Translations under genes and position numbers: made by a program | Shown: positions 24,791 to 39,785 of the stretch, piece after piece | Layout: each line of letters opens with the position of its first letter | Position numbering within the stretch: the first letter of the stretch is position 1 | Assembly (NCBI RefSeq): GCF_009914755.1 | Contig: NC_060941.1 | DNA: 64,000 nucleotides | From: the human T2T-CHM13v2.0 reference genome, Homo sapiens | Direction: 5' to 3' (one strand) | The notes under the pieces: model-generated | Database searches by the model: none | Told to the model about the DNA's origin: nothing | What the model saw: only the letters and a program-made list of their open reading frames with translations

Positions 24791-25764
24791 CTCCCCTGAA
24801 GCTTGGCACTAGTGCTGTGTGGGCACCAACTTCTGGTTGGGAGCAGGTGTTTTCTGAAGGCAAAGGAATGGTTTGCGTGGTCCAGGGGGCTCTTGTCCTA
24901 TTGGCTGCAACATACTCTAGAGACAGTGCCCCTTCTCTCAAAATTGAGGAAAGCGGTTTAGGGACCTGAACTCCAGAAACCACAATGTCTTTCTCCCTAG
25001 GAGGCTGTCACCCTTTCTTTAGCCTCTGGGTCCACAGATGAAGGTCTTTCTGCATTAGATACCTAGGAGGGGAGGGACTGGTGGTCTCCTTAACTTTTTG
25101 AAGTTCTTGATCAGAGCTAATGTGGGATTCAGGGTGCTGTGGCTAGAAGCACCAGTCTTACTTCAGAATCCAGTGAGCTCAGGAATCAGAACTCTGGGAT
25201 TTTGTCTTTGAATGACTGTCGGGATAGCGTCCTAACAGGTGGAGGCAGAGGGTGGGTACAGAGAATCGCAGGCCTGTGCTGACAAGGAATCGGATTTCTG
25301 CTGCTGTCAAAAAGGCCTTAAAATGGTCACCAAGCCCACAGCCAAGGACCAGTTTAGGAGATGAGACAATACGCTCGGGCCAAGGGACTCAAGCTAGCTC
25401 AAGATGGCATCTTTGGCCACTCCGAAGTGCCAGGCTTTGCACTAGACTCATGCCAGACTCATGAATGTCTTTGTTGTTCACGGAGATGCCTCGGTCAGGG
25501 CAAAGGCAGGATCTGGGCAGGAATTTAAGTTTCCCAAAGGTAGCCGCCAGACAGAATCTGCCTGTCCTTGGATCTTCTCATCTTGGAATCTCCAACAGGA
25601 CCCCTGTGAGACCTGGAGCTGGCAGCAGGGCTAGCTTCCTAGTCCCAGCTCTCCTGACAAGTCCACACCATCTCATGGCCACTTCATTCCCACCTAACTA
25701 TGCACTTTCAACATTACAGCTGTAACCCAATCCTGCAGCATCCTATCTCCTGGAGGGAAATGAA

Positions 25765-27014
<1,250 letters not shown>

Positions 27015-27701
27015 GTGAGGCTGTGGACTTCCTTCATGGGCACCAAAGTTCTCCATTTCCTTGGGGGCACTGCTGTTGTTCCAGCCAATAGTGGGGATGC
27101 TGCTGGTGGAGACCCGCCTTGAAGAGATGTAGCAGGAAAGAGCAGTGGAAGGTCCACTGGGTGTCATTTAGCAATCGGCACAGGCATGAACCCATCGGAA
27201 CTGGCTCTGGACATAAATGGCAGGTGAGAACTGCCTTGCGTATGTCCCAACTCCAGTGACAATACTAGAGCACAAAGAAGATGGCTATTTTGGGCCATCC
27301 AGAATCCACCTCCCCTCTGTATGTTTGGAAAAAGTCCCCGATATAGAATCTAAGCATGCCAGTGACGCACTCTGCCAGCCTGCATTGCTTGTGACCAGGC
27401 TTGACAACCGGATGTGCCCTTCCTGGACCTTTTGTCTGGAGCTGGCCACACAGATGCAGGATACACAGATGCAAGATAGACAGATGCAGGACGAATGGAG
27501 AACCTGTGGTCGTGGTTACTAACAGCCTCTATCCAGTTCCCAGGGGACAGTGGCCTCGTAGTGGCTGCAGTGGCATCCTGTATCCAGGACCCACAAAATG
27601 GGGCCCCTGGTGCTCCATGGAGGTGGTGGAGGGTCCTCACCAGACCATGCCTAGGCTGTGACTTTGGCTGTGGTCCTGTATACATTGTCACAAAGCCAAG
27701 C

Positions 27702-28379
<678 letters not shown>

Positions 28380-28519
28380 CAAGCCCTCCCAGAAATTCTG
28401 CAACCTCCTGATACCCTTTCAGCAAATTTCTCTGCTGCTTCAATTAGCCAGAATCAGTTTCTATTGCTTGGATCTAGAACCCTAATTGCAGCAGCCAACT
28501 CTGGGCTAGGAACTCCACA

Positions 28520-28700
28520 GTCTACTCACATCATCTCCTTTAGCCCTACCCAGGCCTTGAGGAAGGTGGCTTTATCTCAGCAAAACTGAGGCTCAGAGAG
28601 GTTGAGTAATTTTTCCCCAGATCACAGAGCTTTTGGTGGAGCTAGGATTCAAACCCAAGTCTTACTGACCTCAAAGACATGGAATCCTCAGCCACTAAGA
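28520..28700 (-). mobile_element. MIR
   Basis: 'aaaactgaggctcagagaggttgagtaat...ggattcaaacccaagtct'. Confidence 0.8.
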
Positions 28701-29924
28701 TCCCCAACTCCTTTTCTGCCCCCACTGCTTTAATTATACCAATAAGCAAGGGAAAAGCAGAAACAAGCCCACCACGCAGGGACCAGCCTGGGAGCCAAAT
28801 TGCTTCTGAGCTGAATGTTTCTCTCCCAGTCTTCAGTGAGGTGGTGGCAGCTCTTTAACTCCAGCTGCGGCGAGAACACAGTGCTCATATATATTCACAA
28901 GCGGGAGATGAAAAGCTGCACAATGCCCGGCCATTAATCCTAACTCAGGCCTTCCAAGCGGCGTGTGATGATCTGCCTGAAGCAGCGCCACATTCGTGCT
29001 CGGGAGCTGGGAATGCACCCCAAATCCACCGCCAGGGGCACACAGTCCAGGCTCCCCCACCACACTTTACCGTCCACCCTCATGCCCTAATGGCCTCATC
29101 AATGTTTCGTGGCCGCCTCAGTGCTCCTGACAGATAAATTAATGAGTTGGCCCTGAGCTATAGGAAGCACACCCCAAGAGAAGACAGAACTTAAGGAATT
29201 TAAGCCCCACTGCGCCTCTTGTGCCCAAGGTGGGAGAGTTGAAAGCTGGTTTCCTGGCGAGGGTGAGTGGAGATGGTCATTTTTCTGGCATTGATTCGTG
29301 GGTTTTCATTTCCCAGGAGCAGCCTGGAGCAAAGGAGAACGTGCAAGATGAATCTGGAAGGCCTCCCCCAACACGGCATGAAGAGGACCCGAGCCAGCCA
29401 GTCTGTGGATGGGCAGGAGACACAGGGAGCCCTGCTCAGGAGCCCGTGTGAGCACAGAAGGGGCAGCCAGGCTCCAGGTTTGTTAGTTGTCCAGACACCT
29501 GGAGCCTATGGGAGGCACAGAAGCTGGGAAGCTGGAGGTCCGTGTCTGGCTACACACGGCTGGGACTAAAGGATTGAGGTTAGTGCTTCCAAACGCACTT
29601 GGTGTTCTAGGCATGGGCTTCCAGACCTGGACCTGGCTCCCTGGCAAGGCCTCCCCTCTGTCCTTCTCTCCACCCACCTCTGTCCCCTCCCTGCTCAGTG
29701 CTCGACACCCACCATGTCACCCAGCCCCTTACTTACTTCTGACCTCTGACCCTCCTCACTGCCATTGACTGCAGCTCATTATTGTCCTTCCATCAGGTGC
29801 CTCCTCTCTGGACATGGGAGGCCACACAGTTCTGCTCTCGGGACTCAGATGCCACCCAGCACCCCCTGAGCATGTCCTGCAGCCTGGCCTCCTTCGCTGC
29901 TTCCTGGCAGCCAACCAATGCAGA

Positions 29925-30092
29925 GCGAGCTTTGGAACCTGGCCTGGGCATACATTTGGTCTCTACTACCCTGCAGTGGTGAGCCCTGGGCAGGTCATTT
30001 AAACTCTGAGCCTCTGCTTCGTGTGCAGTGTAGTGCAGTGGGTGGGACCCACCTTGCAGAGTTGTGATGAGGTTGAATGAAACTGCATTCAA
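29925..30092 (+). mobile_element. MIR
   Basis: 'ccctgggcaggtcatttaaactctgagcctc...gagttgtgatgaggttgaatga'. Confidence 0.65.
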
Positions 30093-30359
30093 GGGAGAGA
30101 TTATTTCCCTCCCCACTCCATGTATAACTACAACTGATTCCTAAAGAGTGGACTCATTCCCTGGAGGCCTCTGTGTTCTGAGTACTTTGATGAGTCTGGA
30201 GACACAGAAATGTGCCTGGGGTTAGTGTGAGTGCCTGAGAACACTGAATGAACTTCTTTGCACAAAAGAAGGAAAATGAACAACAGAGGAAAATTCACAG
30301 CTCTGAGGTCGGAGGGGGGAAGGGAACATGAAGAGATGGGAGGATGACTAAGAAAAGAA

Positions 30360-30667
30360 GGCCGGGCGCGGTGGCTCACGCCTGTAATCCCAGCACTTTG
30401 GGAGGCCGAGGCGGGCGGATCATGAGGTCAGGAGATCGAGACCATCCTGGCTAACACGGTGAAACCCCATCTCTACTAAAAATACAAAAAGTTAGCCGAG
30501 CGTGGTGGTGGGCACCTGTAGTCCCAGCTACTCGGGAGGCTGAGGCAGGAGAATGGTGTGACCCGGGAGGCAGAGCTTGCAGTGAGCCAAGATTGCGCCA
30601 CTGCACTCCGGCCTGGGCAACAAAGTAAGGCTCTATCTCAAAACAAAAACAAAACAAAAAAAAAAAA
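30360..30667 (+). mobile_element. AluY
   Basis: Diagnostic 'gagatcgagaccatcctggctaacacggtg', 'gaatggtgtga' and 'gagcttgcagtg'; CpG-rich left arm. Confidence 0.93.
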
Positions 30668-31679
30668 GGTGGGGGGCCAGCAAGATGAGGAAGATGGCGG
30701 AGACCATCCTGGGGACAAGTGACCATTGGAAGTCGACACTGTTGTGCCACCAAAGAACTCGATGTCTAGGAAGTTCACAGAGCTGTGTGCAGTTTCTCTA
30801 TCCCTCTCCAAACCCCAAAGCTGGAAGAGGAGCAGGAGTGAGTCTTCCCTTTTTTTGTTGAAAACCAAGAAAGGACTTGATTGTCTCAAGGCCCAAGACA
30901 GAGACAGCCCACATGGGATGGGGGGTGGATATTCAGTCCAGAAATGAAATCAAATCCACAGAAGCAGGGTTCTGGAGCTGGAGGGGGGCATGAGGACATG
31001 GCTTGACCTCCTGGGGTATGAAAGGGGCATAGGACCCTTTCTCTAGATTTCAAGGGACAGGGAGGCTCCATCTGACATCTGGTTATGTCTAATCCACCTG
31101 GCCTCTGGTGGGCTTCCAGATGTGGATTCATTCCCACTTCCATCCTGAAAGTCAGTGCAAGGGTCACAGGCATAGGCTGGAATGCCCTTCTAGAGAGTCC
31201 CACTCTACCCTTGAAGCAGGCCAGGAAGGGAAAGGGTGGAGGACTGACCGTCAAGGCCACATCCTCAGAGGACCAGCTGCCTGGGGTTCATGACTCCTCA
31301 GTCCCCTTCCAGCCCCCCAGGCCAGAGCCACATGCGAGCAGGCAGCACAGGACTCAGAGGAAAACCTGTTACCGCTCCTACTAACAGGGGATGACAATGC
31401 CAACAGCACAGCCACTTCCAAAATAGGAACTGATAAATCATTAAACTTGTCAGATTACTCAAGAAAGGCTGGGCCCTGGTCAGCAGGGAGGCAGGCTGCC
31501 CTGGGCACCTGGTTTAACCTCTCCAGTCAGAGGGAGACCAGTGGAAAGGCTGCAGAGACCCCCACCCCAATCCACCCTCTCCAGGACTTGTGTGCCACGT
31601 GGCTCATGAGGCCGCCTCCTCCCTTTCTTTCCTCTGAGGCTTTTCTGCAAACTCGTGGACTCTGGAGTCAGATGCTCAG

Positions 31680-31840
31680 ATCCAAATCCCACTGTATACT
31701 CTCTGGGTTACCTTGAGCAGGTTGTTTAACCTCTTTATGCCTCAGTTTTCTGAACGGTAAAATGGGAATAATAACACCATGGACTGCAAAGTGTCTGGAA
31801 TAATGCCCAGGCATAGACAGCCCTGAAAGCACTGGGGGTC
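31680..31840 (+). mobile_element. MIR
   Basis: 'accttgagcaggttgtttaacctctttatgcctcagttttc...taaaatgggaataataac'. Confidence 0.8.
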
Positions 31841-32251
31841 ATGATTTATCCCTACTGACCCCTTGAGGCTGCCCCTGCCACAAACAAGGCCAGGCTGCTG
31901 CTCTCAGGATTGGGAGATAATATTTCATTAATCTTTGTGCCACCTCTGACTTGCTGACATGGGCAGGGATGTCAGCTTCCTCTTCCTGTATCTTAGCAAC
32001 ATCATGACCACAGGGAGGAGGTGGGCATAAAGGGCTTCCAGTTCTTTAGCGGAAAAAAAAGGAGAATCGGTCAGCTTTCTGTGATACACCTCCAGAAAGG
32101 AGTCATTGCAGTGGAAAATTCAGGAGGAAGAAGGAGGGGAACCCAGTGTCTCATCTCAGCCTCTGAGCAGGCCAAGGACACTTCATTCCACCCTGCACAT
32201 GAGTGTATTTTTGTCTGCCTTTCACAGTCTTTGAGGAACTTCCTCCTGAAT

Positions 32252-32563
32252 CTATCAGTGTTCTGGTTGCAAGCAATGGAAACTGATGCTGAAGGAATGT
32301 TTTGGAAGGATATGGGGGCACACACTGTTGATGGGAGGAAAGAAAGAAGGCTTGGAAAGTAGGGAGCAAGAGGGTTCTGGAAGCTGGAAAGCAGAATCTG
32401 TCTGACACTTCTGCCTCCATGGTCTCCACACACAGCCGCTATGTCAAGAGGCTACTACAAGCAAATTCTAACTGTTTCTATGTCTTTTCACTACTCAGCC
32501 AAAGTCAAAGCCAGAATGTATGATTGGCTAAGCTTGCTCACCTGACTGGACTCTGGCTGTCAG
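32252..32563 (-). mobile_element. Old ERVL/MaLR LTR (LTR33/MLT1-type), running into the minisatellite
   Basis: Starts 'ttctggttgcaagcaatggaaactga' and reaches 'tgattggctaagcttgctcacctg', the CCAAT/E-box region of such LTRs. Confidence 0.5.
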
Positions 32564-33015
32564 GATTGGCCACAATGGGTCACCTGACAGGACTCTACCT
32601 GTCAGGATTGACCATAATGGGTCACTTGACTGGGTATTGGTTGTTGGGACTGGCCAAACCAGTTACCTGACTGGACTGTCAGGACTGGCCCGCAGTGGGT
32701 CACCTGACATTATTGGCTGTTGGGATTAGCCAAACCGGTTACCTGACTGGACTCAGTCAGGATTGGCCACAACAGGTCACCTGACATTATTGGTTGTTGG
32801 GATTGGCCAAACCAGTTACCTGACTGGACTCTAGCTGTCAGGATTGACCATAATGGGTCACCTGACTGGACCCTGGCTGTTGGGATTGGCCAATCCTGTC
32901 ACCTCACTCAACTGTGGCTGTCAGGATTGGTCACATTGGTCACATTGGTCACCTGACTGGGTCCTGGCTGTTGGGATTGGTCAAGACAGGTCACCTGACT
33001 GACCCAGGCTATCAG
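32522..33015. repeat. Minisatellite: 12 units of ~35-50 bp with dimeric higher-order structure
   Basis: Consensus ~gattggccacaatgggtcacctgactggactctggctgtcag. Unit starts: 32522, 32564, 32606, 32648, 32683, 32724, 32761, 32801, 32842, 32884, 32925, 32975. Confidence 0.92.
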
Positions 33016-34099
33016 AGTAATGAGAAGAAGGTCTCTCCCTTGGGCTGAGCAGAAGGTTCTGGGGAACTGTGCCTTGCCACACTGCCTACAATGGGGGCAA
33101 CCCCAGATGTACAAGTCTGCTGCTGTCCTTGAAGTTTTTTCCCTTGCCTCCTCCCCAGTTTGCCTGTTGGTCCCACTAGGGCAGTGCCATATTGGCAACT
33201 TCCCATGTCCTCCACTTACAGCAGACAAATTGGAAACCTCCCTTGTGGGAGGAAGGATGGGAGGATGGGCTCCATTACAAAGCAATATTCTGAAGGAGAA
33301 GAGAGCCATTTGGACGGGAAGATGGAGCTGGTAAATCTGGCTTGTCTCCCTGCATCGGGGGCAAGATGGATTTTATTCATAAATATTCTCAGTGATCTTG
33401 AGCTTCAAGCAGCCTGCAAATAGCTTCTAATGAGAACCCCTTGACCTTCCCTCTACCCACCACCACCATCGCCCTGCCCAGACCCTGCCCCTTTCTTCTC
33501 TATCACTTCATTTGTTACCCAAGTCTCCCATCTTTCTACCTCTCATTCAGAGTCACACTGGGGGCCCTTTCCCTGCAGCCTGGATGACATCTGTGTGTCC
33601 TCAGCATCGCACCTTCCTGGCCCAGCCTTGGGCCCCTAACTTGTTTCCCACAATCTAAAGCTGAGTCTCCCCACTGCCACCCAGACCTATCACAGTCTTT
33701 CTGTCCTCATTGACTGATGAGAGTAATTGGTACCCATCCTCCAAGGACCCTCTCTGTGTGGATCTGTAGACGACAGATTTCAAATTGATTTAAAGCCTGT
33801 GTCATGCTGGCTTAAAGAAAAATCCCTACAGAAATTAGCCAGTTTAACATTTGGGAGATGCTTAGCAAAACCTGCACTGGGTAATTACAAAGGAGGCGCC
33901 ATTTCCCCTCAAGGATGGAGGGAATGCAGAGGAGGGTAGAGCAGTGTCCCTACTCCAAACTGCCCAAGGACGCCAGGGCATCGCTGCCACTGCTCTCTGA
34001 GTCCATCTCTTCTGAGACGGGATGAAACTGGCTTAACTGATGATTTGCTCATTTGTTCGCTCACACCTTCATCCATCAAGCCAGATGAGTGCCAAGCGT

Positions 34100-34609
34100 G
34101 CATTTCAGTCTAGCCCCTCATCATCTGTTGCCTGAATCACTTTACCAGTTGCCTAAATGATCTTCCTGTGTCCAGTCTCTTCCTCATCCAGCCTGCCCCG
34201 TGTGGGGCCACAAGGGCAATCTTCCCCCAACATGAAGCTAAATAAGTCACTCTCCCAAAGAAACCCTGTAATGTCCTTCCCATTACCTACAAGCTACAGG
34301 TAGTCACTCCGAAGTAAGGCACGAAAAGCTGGTCTCTTCCTGGCTGCTGCTGAGGTCTCTGGCCCATCTCCCCAACTGCCCAGCACTTCGATGCCATAAC
34401 TTTGCCACACTGATGTTTCGCAGGCCAGCGCATACTGTTCCCGCTCCCTGGAACTGCTGGCAAGTTGACTTTCCTCCCAGCACCCTGCCAGGCATCCCCA
34501 CTTCCACAGGGCCTCCTTCAGGAGGGATCATCCCCATCTCCTGGGTATGATTTCTGTACCTTCCGATACCTTTGGTCCTCACATATGTGGTCACTGTTAA
34601 CTTACGTGG
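34100..34609 (+). mobile_element. L2
   Basis: 'gtctagcccctcatcatctgttgcctg...gcctaaatgatcttcctg...cttcccattacctaca'. Confidence 0.7.
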
Positions 34610-34964
34610 TGATATGGTTTGGCTGTGTCCCCACCCAAATCTCATCTTGAATTGCAACTCCCATAATTCCCATGTGTTGTGGGAGGGACCCAGTGGAGAT
34701 CACTGAATCATGGGGGCGGTTTCCCCTATACTGTTCTCATGGTAGTAAATAAGTCTCACAAGATCTGATTGTTTTATAACGGTTTTCCCCTTTTTCTTGG
34801 CTCTCATTCTCTCTTGCCTGCCGCCATGTAAGACATGCCTTTCACCTTCTGCCATGATTGTGAGGCCTTCCCAGCCACATGGAACTGTGAGTCCATTAAA
34901 CCTCTCTTTCTTTATAAATGACCCAGTCTCAGGTAAGTCTTTATCAACAGCATGAAAACTAACA
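34610..34964 (+). mobile_element. THE1 (B/C-like) solo LTR
   Basis: 'tgatatggtttggctgtgtccccacccaaatc...ctttatcaacagcatgaaaac'; TSD cgtgg/catgg. Confidence 0.92.
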
Positions 34965-35227
34965 CATGGAAAACCCTTGACATATCTGACGGCAAATAGA
35001 GGCAAGGCCCAGCCCCAGCGCAGTGCCTAGCTCAAGGCCGATAACCATGTTGAACCCCAAGCAGCACACTTGGGACTGAGAAGCTGAATAGACACAGCCC
35101 TGCCCTCAGGGAGCTCACCTTCTAATGGGACACTGGCCCTTTTGCTGTGTTGCCTTCCAATTAACCAAGTGGCCATGGTGAGTGACATTTTTGTCAGCTG
35201 TTGACCAACATTTATCTATTCAGTACT

Positions 35228-35494
35228 AGCCAGGTACAGCGTCTCATGCCTGTGATCCCAACACTTTGAGAAGCCAAGACAGGAGGATCATTGGAGGCCA
35301 GGAGTTTGAGACCAACTTGGGCAACATAGTGAGACCAGGCATGGTGGTGCCTGCCTGTAATCCTAGCTGCTTGGGAGGCTGAGACAGGAGGATCACTTGA
35401 GCCCAGGAATTTGATGCTGCAAGTGAGCTATGATTGCACCACTGCACTCCGGCCTGGGCAGCAGAACAAGACCCTGTCTCTAGAAAAAATAAAT
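35228..35494 (+). mobile_element. AluJ with the central A-rich linker deleted
   Basis: Left arm joins the right arm directly at 'gtgagaccaggcatggtgg'; TSD ~tttat(c/t)ta(t/c)tcagtact. Confidence 0.9.
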
Positions 35495-35564
35495 ATTTAT
35501 TTACTCAGTACTTATTTTGGGTGGGGACTTTTTAAGGCATTTTAGACCCATCACTTTATTTAAT

Positions 35565-36018
<454 letters not shown>

Positions 36019-36115
36019 GGGAATTGCCCCAATGTACAGGGGAGGACACTGAGGTTCAGCCAGGTTAAGTAACCCACCCAGGATCCCACAGTGAGGCCAC
36101 GTCTTGGTCGGAGAG

Positions 36116-36573
36116 TGTGGTAGGCTGAAAAATAGCTCCCTCTGCAAAAGATAGCCACGTCAAATCCCTGGGACTTGTGAAAGTGACTTCGTTTGGAAAA
36201 AGGGTCTTTGTAGACATAAGGAAGGATCTTGAGATGGGATTATCCCGGATTATCTGAGCGGACCCTGAATGCCAGCACGAGTGTCTTTATAAGAAGGCAG
36301 AAGGCGTTCAACACCCAGAGAAGAGAAGGAGGCACTGTGACTGCAGGGGCAGATATGGGAGTGGTGCTGCCACAAGCCAAGGGTTACTGGTAGGCCCCAT
36401 AAGCTGGAAGGGGCAGAGGAAGAGTCTTCCCTAGAGCCTCTGGAAGGCACGTGGTCCTGCCAACACTTGGATTTCGACTTCTGGCCTCCAGAACTGTGAG
36501 AAAATGAATTTCTGTGGTTTGGAGCCTCCCAGTTTCTGGTAATTTGTTACAGCAGCCCCCGGAAACTAATATA
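36116..36573 (+). mobile_element. MLT1C/D-like solo LTR
   Basis: 'tgtggtaggctgaa...ggtaatttgttacagcagcc...ggaaactaatata'; perfect TSD gagag. Confidence 0.9.
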
Positions 36574-36999
36574 GAGAGCCACAAAAGGCTGGTGCTGCTC
36601 TTGGAAATGTGATCAGATTCCCATGCCAAGAGGACAAGATGCTTGGCGATAGTCCCGTGGGACCAGCCTTTCTCTCTGGCATCTTTTCAGCCTCGTGGGA
36701 GAGAGTCTTCCTGTTTCTGCGAGAGAGGCAGTCCCCTGAGGACAGGGAGTGGGTCCTGCTTCTCACTTTATCCCCAGGCTTGTTAAGTGGTTCATCGAAT
36801 GAAGATTTTCATCTCGAGGTTCAAACCGCAAGAGGCGGCTGGGATATTGGAGCTGGCTCCTTCGCAGAGCTAAGGTTCTCAGGCAGGAAGTTAATCTCCG
36901 TAGAAGTTTTCTGAGGCCAGAGAAGATGGTGAGTCATTCCCTTTGAGAGATTTCTTATACATGTTCATCTCTGAAGTAGCCAAATGAACAGAAGCATAG

Positions 37000-37176
37000 A
37001 CACGCTTCTTACACTGTAATGTGCGTATGAAGCACCAGGGGATCTTGTTAAAAGGCAGATTCTGATTCTTCTGATTCAGCGGAACTAGGCAGGGCCTGAG
37101 AGCCTGCATTTCTAACAGGTCCCCCCCGGGCATGACCGGGCTGCTGGCCCATGGCCTATCCTCAGAGTCACAAGGC
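37000..37176. mobile_element. MER5B
   Basis: 'ggggatcttgttaaaaggcagattctgattc...gcctgagagcctgcatttctaaca'. Confidence 0.8.
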
Positions 37177-38073
37177 ACTGACTCTGGAGACAATTCTAAA
37201 ATCACCTGCTGCAACACCCTCATGCTAAAGAGAAGGAAACTGAGGCCAAGAGGAGGGAGGTGGCTCCCCCAAGGTCACAGAGCCGGAAATCAATATTTGA
37301 TGCTAATCTAAGTGGCCGCCCTGGCTTGTAGAGGCCGGAAGGGGAATGGAGGATGTTCCCTTTGGGGCATGAGGTTCCCCTGACGACCCTACCTCTGACA
37401 ACCCTACCCGGCCAGCTCTGTTGCTCACCCTCCTCTACATTTTGAAACAAACGTCAGCTGCCAGGCTGATCGATAAGCCTGCTCATCTGTGAGGCTTGAG
37501 GCTCTCTCCACAGATGTAATCAGGGCTCCGGAGACGTCCTGGCAGCGGGCATGTGGGGAGGGAGTGCAGCGATACATTTAATCAAGGAACAGATGGGGAG
37601 CTGATAGAGTGTGTAGAAAAATCAGGTTTCTGTGATAACATTCTCTTCCCCCACTCAGCCTCCGCATCCCTTGACTTCTCCAACAAGAACTCCCGGTGCC
37701 AACTCCAGCCCTGCCCTTTCCAAAGATGTTTTTCCCAGGAACCTCCGGGCCCTTGAAGATGCAGGGGTGGGAGTGGGGTGGGGGTTGCTGCCTGCGGAGC
37801 CCTCCTCCCACCAAAGCTTCCTCTATTTGCTCCTTTCTCCGACCAAAGCGGGAGGAGGCCAGGAAGCCAGGGAGCTGATGGCCAAGCACTAAATAGTCCA
37901 CCCAGAAGGCTTCCGAGATGCTGGCAGCCACAGACTCCTGGAAGCTTGCAGGGAGGAAATGGAGATCATCCGCCTCTTGAACCCCTTGCCCACTGCCAAG
38001 TTCACAGGTCTTCAGCCCTCATCGCCTCCACAGGTGTCTGAGTCCAAGGAGTGGAAGTATCGGGATTCTATAG

Positions 38074-38287
38074 CAGTGGTTCTCCCTGGGGGCGACTTGA
38101 CGCCTAGGGGATGTTTAGCAATATCTGGAGATCTTTCCTGATGGTCACGACTGGGGTTGGGAGATGCTGCTGGTATTTAGTGAGCAGAGCCTGGGATGTT
38201 GGTAAACAACCTGTAGTGCATGGGACAGCCCCACAACATGATTTATCCCTCCCCAAATGTCAGCAAAGCCCAGCTTGAGAAACCCCG
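38074..38287 (+). mobile_element. MER20
   Basis: 'cagtggttctc...gggacagccccacaac...ttgagaaaccccg'; degenerate 8-bp TSD ttctatag/ctctatgg. Confidence 0.88.
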
Positions 38288-39049
38288 CTCTATGGAAAGA
38301 AAGCCAGATAGTGGCAGGGGCTTTACTGAGACCAGGCTAACCTGTTCCTGGGTGGAGTCATCTGGCTTTTTCCCCATCTATATTCGATCCTCAAACTAGC
38401 ACATTCACGACCTACGCAGGTTCTCCATACATACCCCACCCCCCCCAAATGATGTGGCCTCAGAGGGGTCCTGATAGAGTTGAGGGTTGGCTGGGGCAGG
38501 AGATTTCCTGCTGGGGTCTCACGTGCTCACAGCAATAGTGCCATTCACCCTTCAGGTTCCTGTGAAGACAGGCTACACCGGGTGTGGAATTTAGTGGGTA
38601 GGTAGTAAACAAACAAATGCATGAAGTACTCCTCCCCTCCCACCCCTGCAGGTCCCATCTCTTATTTAATCCCAGGAAATTCACTGTATAAGCAGGGGTG
38701 TGGGGAGGGTGGCTGGGGCATCCCAGGCACCTGGCCTAGCCCTCCCTCCTCCCTCAGGGCCCCCTCGCTGCCCAGTGGCTTCAATCCGGACCAGGCTTCT
38801 TTAGGTGACAGGTCTGAGAGGTGTGAGGCTGTGTTTGTGTCATCTCCCGCCCTGATGCCAGGCTCTGTCCCTCCTGGGCACACTATGAGGAGGCCTCATA
38901 GTGGAGCTACCCTGAGAGCAGGCTCCCTGCCTTTGAAGTCACCACTCAGAGCTTGGGGTGACCTGTGGAGGCAGCAGCCTGGAGAACAGGCGTTTCCCCT
39001 CTTGCCCTGATCTTCCGAGTTAAGCTTTGGCCTGGCTGTGATGTATTAT

Positions 39050-39285
39050 TAGTAATAATGCAAGCCCCCTTATTTATTACTTTTTAGCAGAGCCCAGAGC
39101 TCAACGTATTGAACTCACATCACCAAATCTTCTCGGCCATCGCATGACGATGTTTAATTCCCATTTGACTAATGGAGAAACCGAGTTTTAGAGAGGTTAA
39201 GTAACTTCTGCAAGGTCACAGAGCTGGTAAATAAGCAGGACACCCAGGATTCCCACCCTCGACTGACTCCAAAGGCCATCCTTTT
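39050..39285 (-). mobile_element. MIR
   Basis: 'agagaggttaagtaacttctgcaaggtcacagagctggtaaat'. Confidence 0.8.
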
Positions 39286-39324
39286 AGTAGCAGGGGCCCC
39301 ACTGTCCCCCTGGTCGCCCCCCTG

Positions 39325-39455
39325 AGCGGTCCACACGCCCCACCACCAGCATTACCTGGAAGCTTGTTAGAGTCACAGAATCCCAGCTCCACCCTAGAAT
39401 ATGAAATTGGCATCCGCACTTTCATATAAAGACCCTGGGGACTCAGGGTGCATTA
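39325..39455. mobile_element. MER5A fragment
   Basis: 'ccagcattacctggaagcttgttagagtcacagaatccc'. Confidence 0.6.
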
Positions 39456-39785
39456 CAGTGACAATTCTCCAGGACAAGTGCTACGTTCCCGGAGGGTGGG
39501 GGGTGTTGGGGTGAATGGAGGGGGATGAGCATGTAGAGGCTCTAAGGAACCCAGGGAACTGGGGGCAGGTGCAGAGTTCGTCTGGGCCAGTTTGGTCCAG
39601 CTTACCAGATGTTTCACTTGCTGACCTCCAGGGCCGGATGACACCTGTGTCTAGCCACATCCCGGCCTTCACTCTGGATATTCGAGAATGTTGACTCCCC
39701 ACTTGAGAAGTTCCCCTACTTCCAACTCCCTGGACCCCCTCCCCTCCTGCTCGTGGAGGCAGCTGGCTGGGTCTGATCTCTAGGC

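Noticed and set aside
32522-33015. CRISPR-like array or estrogen-response-element array
   Set aside because: Eukaryotic DNA, and the units are wholly homologous with no unique spacers. GGTCA-cc-TGAC has a 2-nt spacer, not the 3-nt spacer of an ERE.
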